Source of the DNA: Octopus sinensis
Taxonomy: Eukaryota
DNA length: 64,000 nt
Assembly: GCF_006345805.1 (NCBI RefSeq)
Contig: NC_043004.1
Location: 71,920,001-71,984,000, forward strand
Reading direction: 5' to 3'
Made by a program: the position numbers and the translations under genes. The notes beneath the pieces were generated by a model. That model was not told where the DNA came from. It worked only from the letters and a program-made list of their open reading frames with translations, and did not search any database. Positions within the stretch are counted from its first letter, which is position 1, and each line of letters begins with the position of its first letter. This document shows, piece after piece, positions 61,520 to 64,000 of this stretch.

Positions 61520-62990
61520 GAAACCAGCTGTTCTTGCAGGTAGAAAACTTTGTGCCCGCTAAATGGAGCTTGCTTGTCCGAGACAATAATTTATGAAGCC
61601 ACCGTGGACTCTATCCACTAAAGACACGGTTTTGACGAAGAAATACATGGGCATTACAGAGGGTAATTTCAAGGCCACGTTCAATAATCACAACTTGAGC
61701 TTTAGACACTGGGATAAAAGGAAAACGACCAATATATCCAGTCATTAAAAGATAAAGGTTTCAGTTACCACATCCATTGGAAGTTCTTAGTCAAGTGTAA
61801 ACCCTACAGCAACAGCAGTGGAAAGTGCGGTCTATGTGATATGGAAAGATGGCTCATCTGGAAAAGCAACTTAGACCCCGCTACAAGTTTGAATTCAAGA
61901 AATGAAATTTTCAGCACATACCCATGTGTTGCCAAATATTTGTTACGTTTTTGGTTCCCCGAGATTACATATAGAACTTGCTTTCTGTATTGTGACCACG
62001 AACAAGCTTTTTATCTCTTTATAACTTTTACTTATATTTCTTATGTATTTTTATTTATACTTTTATACATATATTTTTTTACATATTTATAGAGATATTG
62101 GTTTATAGGTTTATTGTTTATATATTTTTACACATATTTTTTCTGTATTCTACCTTCCACCCAGTATTTTTCCTGTGTGCATATGGAATCCTTTGTGTGC
62201 GCGTGTGGATGTGTGCGTGTGTGCGGGTTTGTGCGTATATAGCTGTGTGCGTGTGTGCATGCATGCGAGTATGTGCGTATATAGACGTGTTTTACTCATT
62301 GTTTTTTTACACATTTTCCTGTATTTTTGCGTTTAGTCCTGTTTTTTCATGCGTATACACGCATATAGACGTGTGTATGAACATTTTTGTGCGCGCGCAT
62401 GTATGCGTGCCTATATAGACGTTTGCAAGTATGCGTGTATATAGGCGTGTGTGTGGGCGTGCATACGGGTATGTTCGGATATAGACATGGTTTAATGTTT
62501 TTCTATATTGTTACCCTTAGCCCTGTGTTTTGTGTTTGTGTGTATATATAGACATGTGTATGAAAACTTTATGGTGCGCATGTGTGTGTGAGTTTGTACA
62601 TATACATATATATATTTGGCGAATGGTGCGGTTGAGGTTGTGTACGTTTCAAGTGAAGGTGGATGAGTGTATACTTTTAGGCGCATGTACGTGGGTGTGT
62701 GGACGCGCATGTGTAGGTATGAACATATGCGCTTACGCGAATACTATGAACTTTTTACCCCCTTACATTTACTCCCTCCCCTCACTTAGCGGTCGTTCAA
62801 ATAGCTATTTTGTCTTAATAACGTCCAATCACAGTAATTTCCCTTTGTATAACAGTAATTTTTCATAGCATTTATTCCGATGGCTAGATAACTGAAGAGA
62901 TGGCGGCGTGGATTTGCACCTCGGCATCCGAAACTCGGAGTTTTATCATGGCTACCTAATAATTGTCACATATTACATTTACAGATATAT
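61520..62990 (+). mobile_element. 3' part of a second-lineage PLE: decayed GIY-YIG, TG-rich tail, HHR-bearing pLTR ending at (TA)n
   Basis: CSCR.KTLCPLNGACLSETIIYEATV...KKYMGITEGNFK..FNNHNLSF...IHWKFL...PY....KCGLC.MER..I...LNSRNE. Confidence 0.75.
62887..62947 (+). ncRNA. Type I hammerhead-like motif, family 5
   Basis: GATAA-CTGAAGA-GATG[...]CATCC-GAA-ACTC(G)GAGT-T-TTATC: 5-bp stem I, intact core, GUU triplet. Stem II has apparently lost one G. Confidence 0.65.
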
Positions 62991-63036
62991 AGATATATAT
63001 ATATATACATATATATATATGTAGGTATGTATTATG

Positions 63037-63107
<71 letters not shown>

Positions 63108-63288
63108 ATTAGGGCTTAGTAAATAAATTACTTTGCCACATACTGAACTTTCTAGAAATAGCACCCAAAAAGTTTTTTAGCCATTTCCACTACTTTAAGA
63201 AAAATTTCTCTCAGATAATGTTTACTCAAAATAACTCACGAAAGTATGGAGGTAAAAACAGAAAAATATCACAAGTACAAAGATCATT

Positions 63289-63347
63289 TGAGAACGTTAA
63301 CGTTTCTAAATTAGCCAAATAAACTCAGCATTTCTTTCGTCAGCTCA
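63289..63347 (-). ncRNA. Hammerhead-like motif, family 4, unit 1
   Basis: TGAG-CTGACGA-A-AGA[..]TTT-A-GAA-ACGTTAACGT-T-CTCA. Confidence 0.65.
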
Positions 63348-63854
63348 GCATTTCTTAATTTGGATTTGGAAGCACTAAAAAGAAAGAACATACCCTTCGG
63401 CGACGTATCACCTCAGACGAACCCGTTCAGACTGCCAGTACTAACAAATTCAAAATGCGCAAGCGAAGATTCCTGCTCTCCCCTTCCACCCACGTGGGTC
63501 ATCTAGCAAACATATATTTTAACGGTGAGAACCGAAGCAATAGAACAGAGAGAAATGAATTATAATATCAACAATTGAGGGTAAAATTAATTAGTTATTA
63601 ATCAATTTCACCAAGTAGTGTTCAGTATGTAAAAGGACCATTTAAGGCGAATTAAAAATATTACATTATATAATTAGGGCTTAGTAAAATATATTACTTT
63701 GCCACATACTGAACTTTCTAGAAATAGCAGCCAAAAAAGTTTTTTAGCCATTTCCACTACTTTAAGAAAATTTCTCTCAGATAATGTTTACTCAAAATAA
63801 CTCACGAAAGTATGGAGGTAAAAACAGAAAAATATCACAAGTACAAAGATCATT

Positions 63855-63913
63855 TGAGAACGTTAACGTTTCTAGATTAGCCAAATAAACTCAGCATTTC
63901 TTTCGTCAGCTCA
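63855..63913 (-). ncRNA. Hammerhead-like motif, family 4, unit 2
   Basis: TTGAG-CTGACGA-A-AGA[..]TCT-A-GAA-ACGTTAACGT-T-CTCAA: 5-bp stem I and a 10-nt perfect palindrome as stem III. Confidence 0.7.
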
Positions 63914-64000
63914 ACATTTCTTAATTTGGATTTGGAAGCACTAAAAAGAAAGAACATACCCTTCGGCGACGTATCACCTCAGACGAACCCGTTCAGACTG

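Larger units (their letters stand above)
63101..64000 (-). repeat. ~565-bp tandem repeat (one full unit plus a second cut by the window edge), each unit with an HHR
   Basis: 63101-63440 is repeated nearly identically at 63666-64000. The array ends at (TA)n. Confidence 0.92.

Overview
AT-rich, microsatellite-laden animal genomic DNA. The SINE and repeat repertoire points to an octopus (inference, not verified). The host-gene content is a divergently oriented pair of paralogous spliced genes for small secreted glycoproteins (signal peptide + PAN/apple-like Cys domain + an unnamed Trp-containing C-terminal domain). Gene A is on the minus strand (exons 25807-~25960, 19357-19689, 17285-17376, 15284-15435, 3' end uncertain). 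Gene B is on the plus strand (exons ~40870-41022, 44909-45238, 46277-46368, 51777-51928, 56130-56230, 56332-56354). Coding exon sizes (328/92/152 nt) and intron phases are identical, and a decayed third copy lies at 38173-38498. The rest is transposon debris: many Penelope-like elements (PLEs, GIY-YIG), Tx1/L1-, CR1- and R4/Dong-like RT relics, three mariners, Helitrons, three tRNA-head SINE families and several long palindromes. The most striking signal is a dense set of type I hammerhead ribozyme (HHR) motifs with palindromic stem III, belonging to at least five unrelated repeat families. They occur in PLE terminal repeats (pLTRs), in two ~500-bp elements with inverted HHR-bearing arms, in a ~565-bp tandem repeat (retrozyme-like) and as half-ribozymes fused into a foldback. 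Several have recurrent non-canonical cores. All folds and alignments were done by eye; no database search was run.
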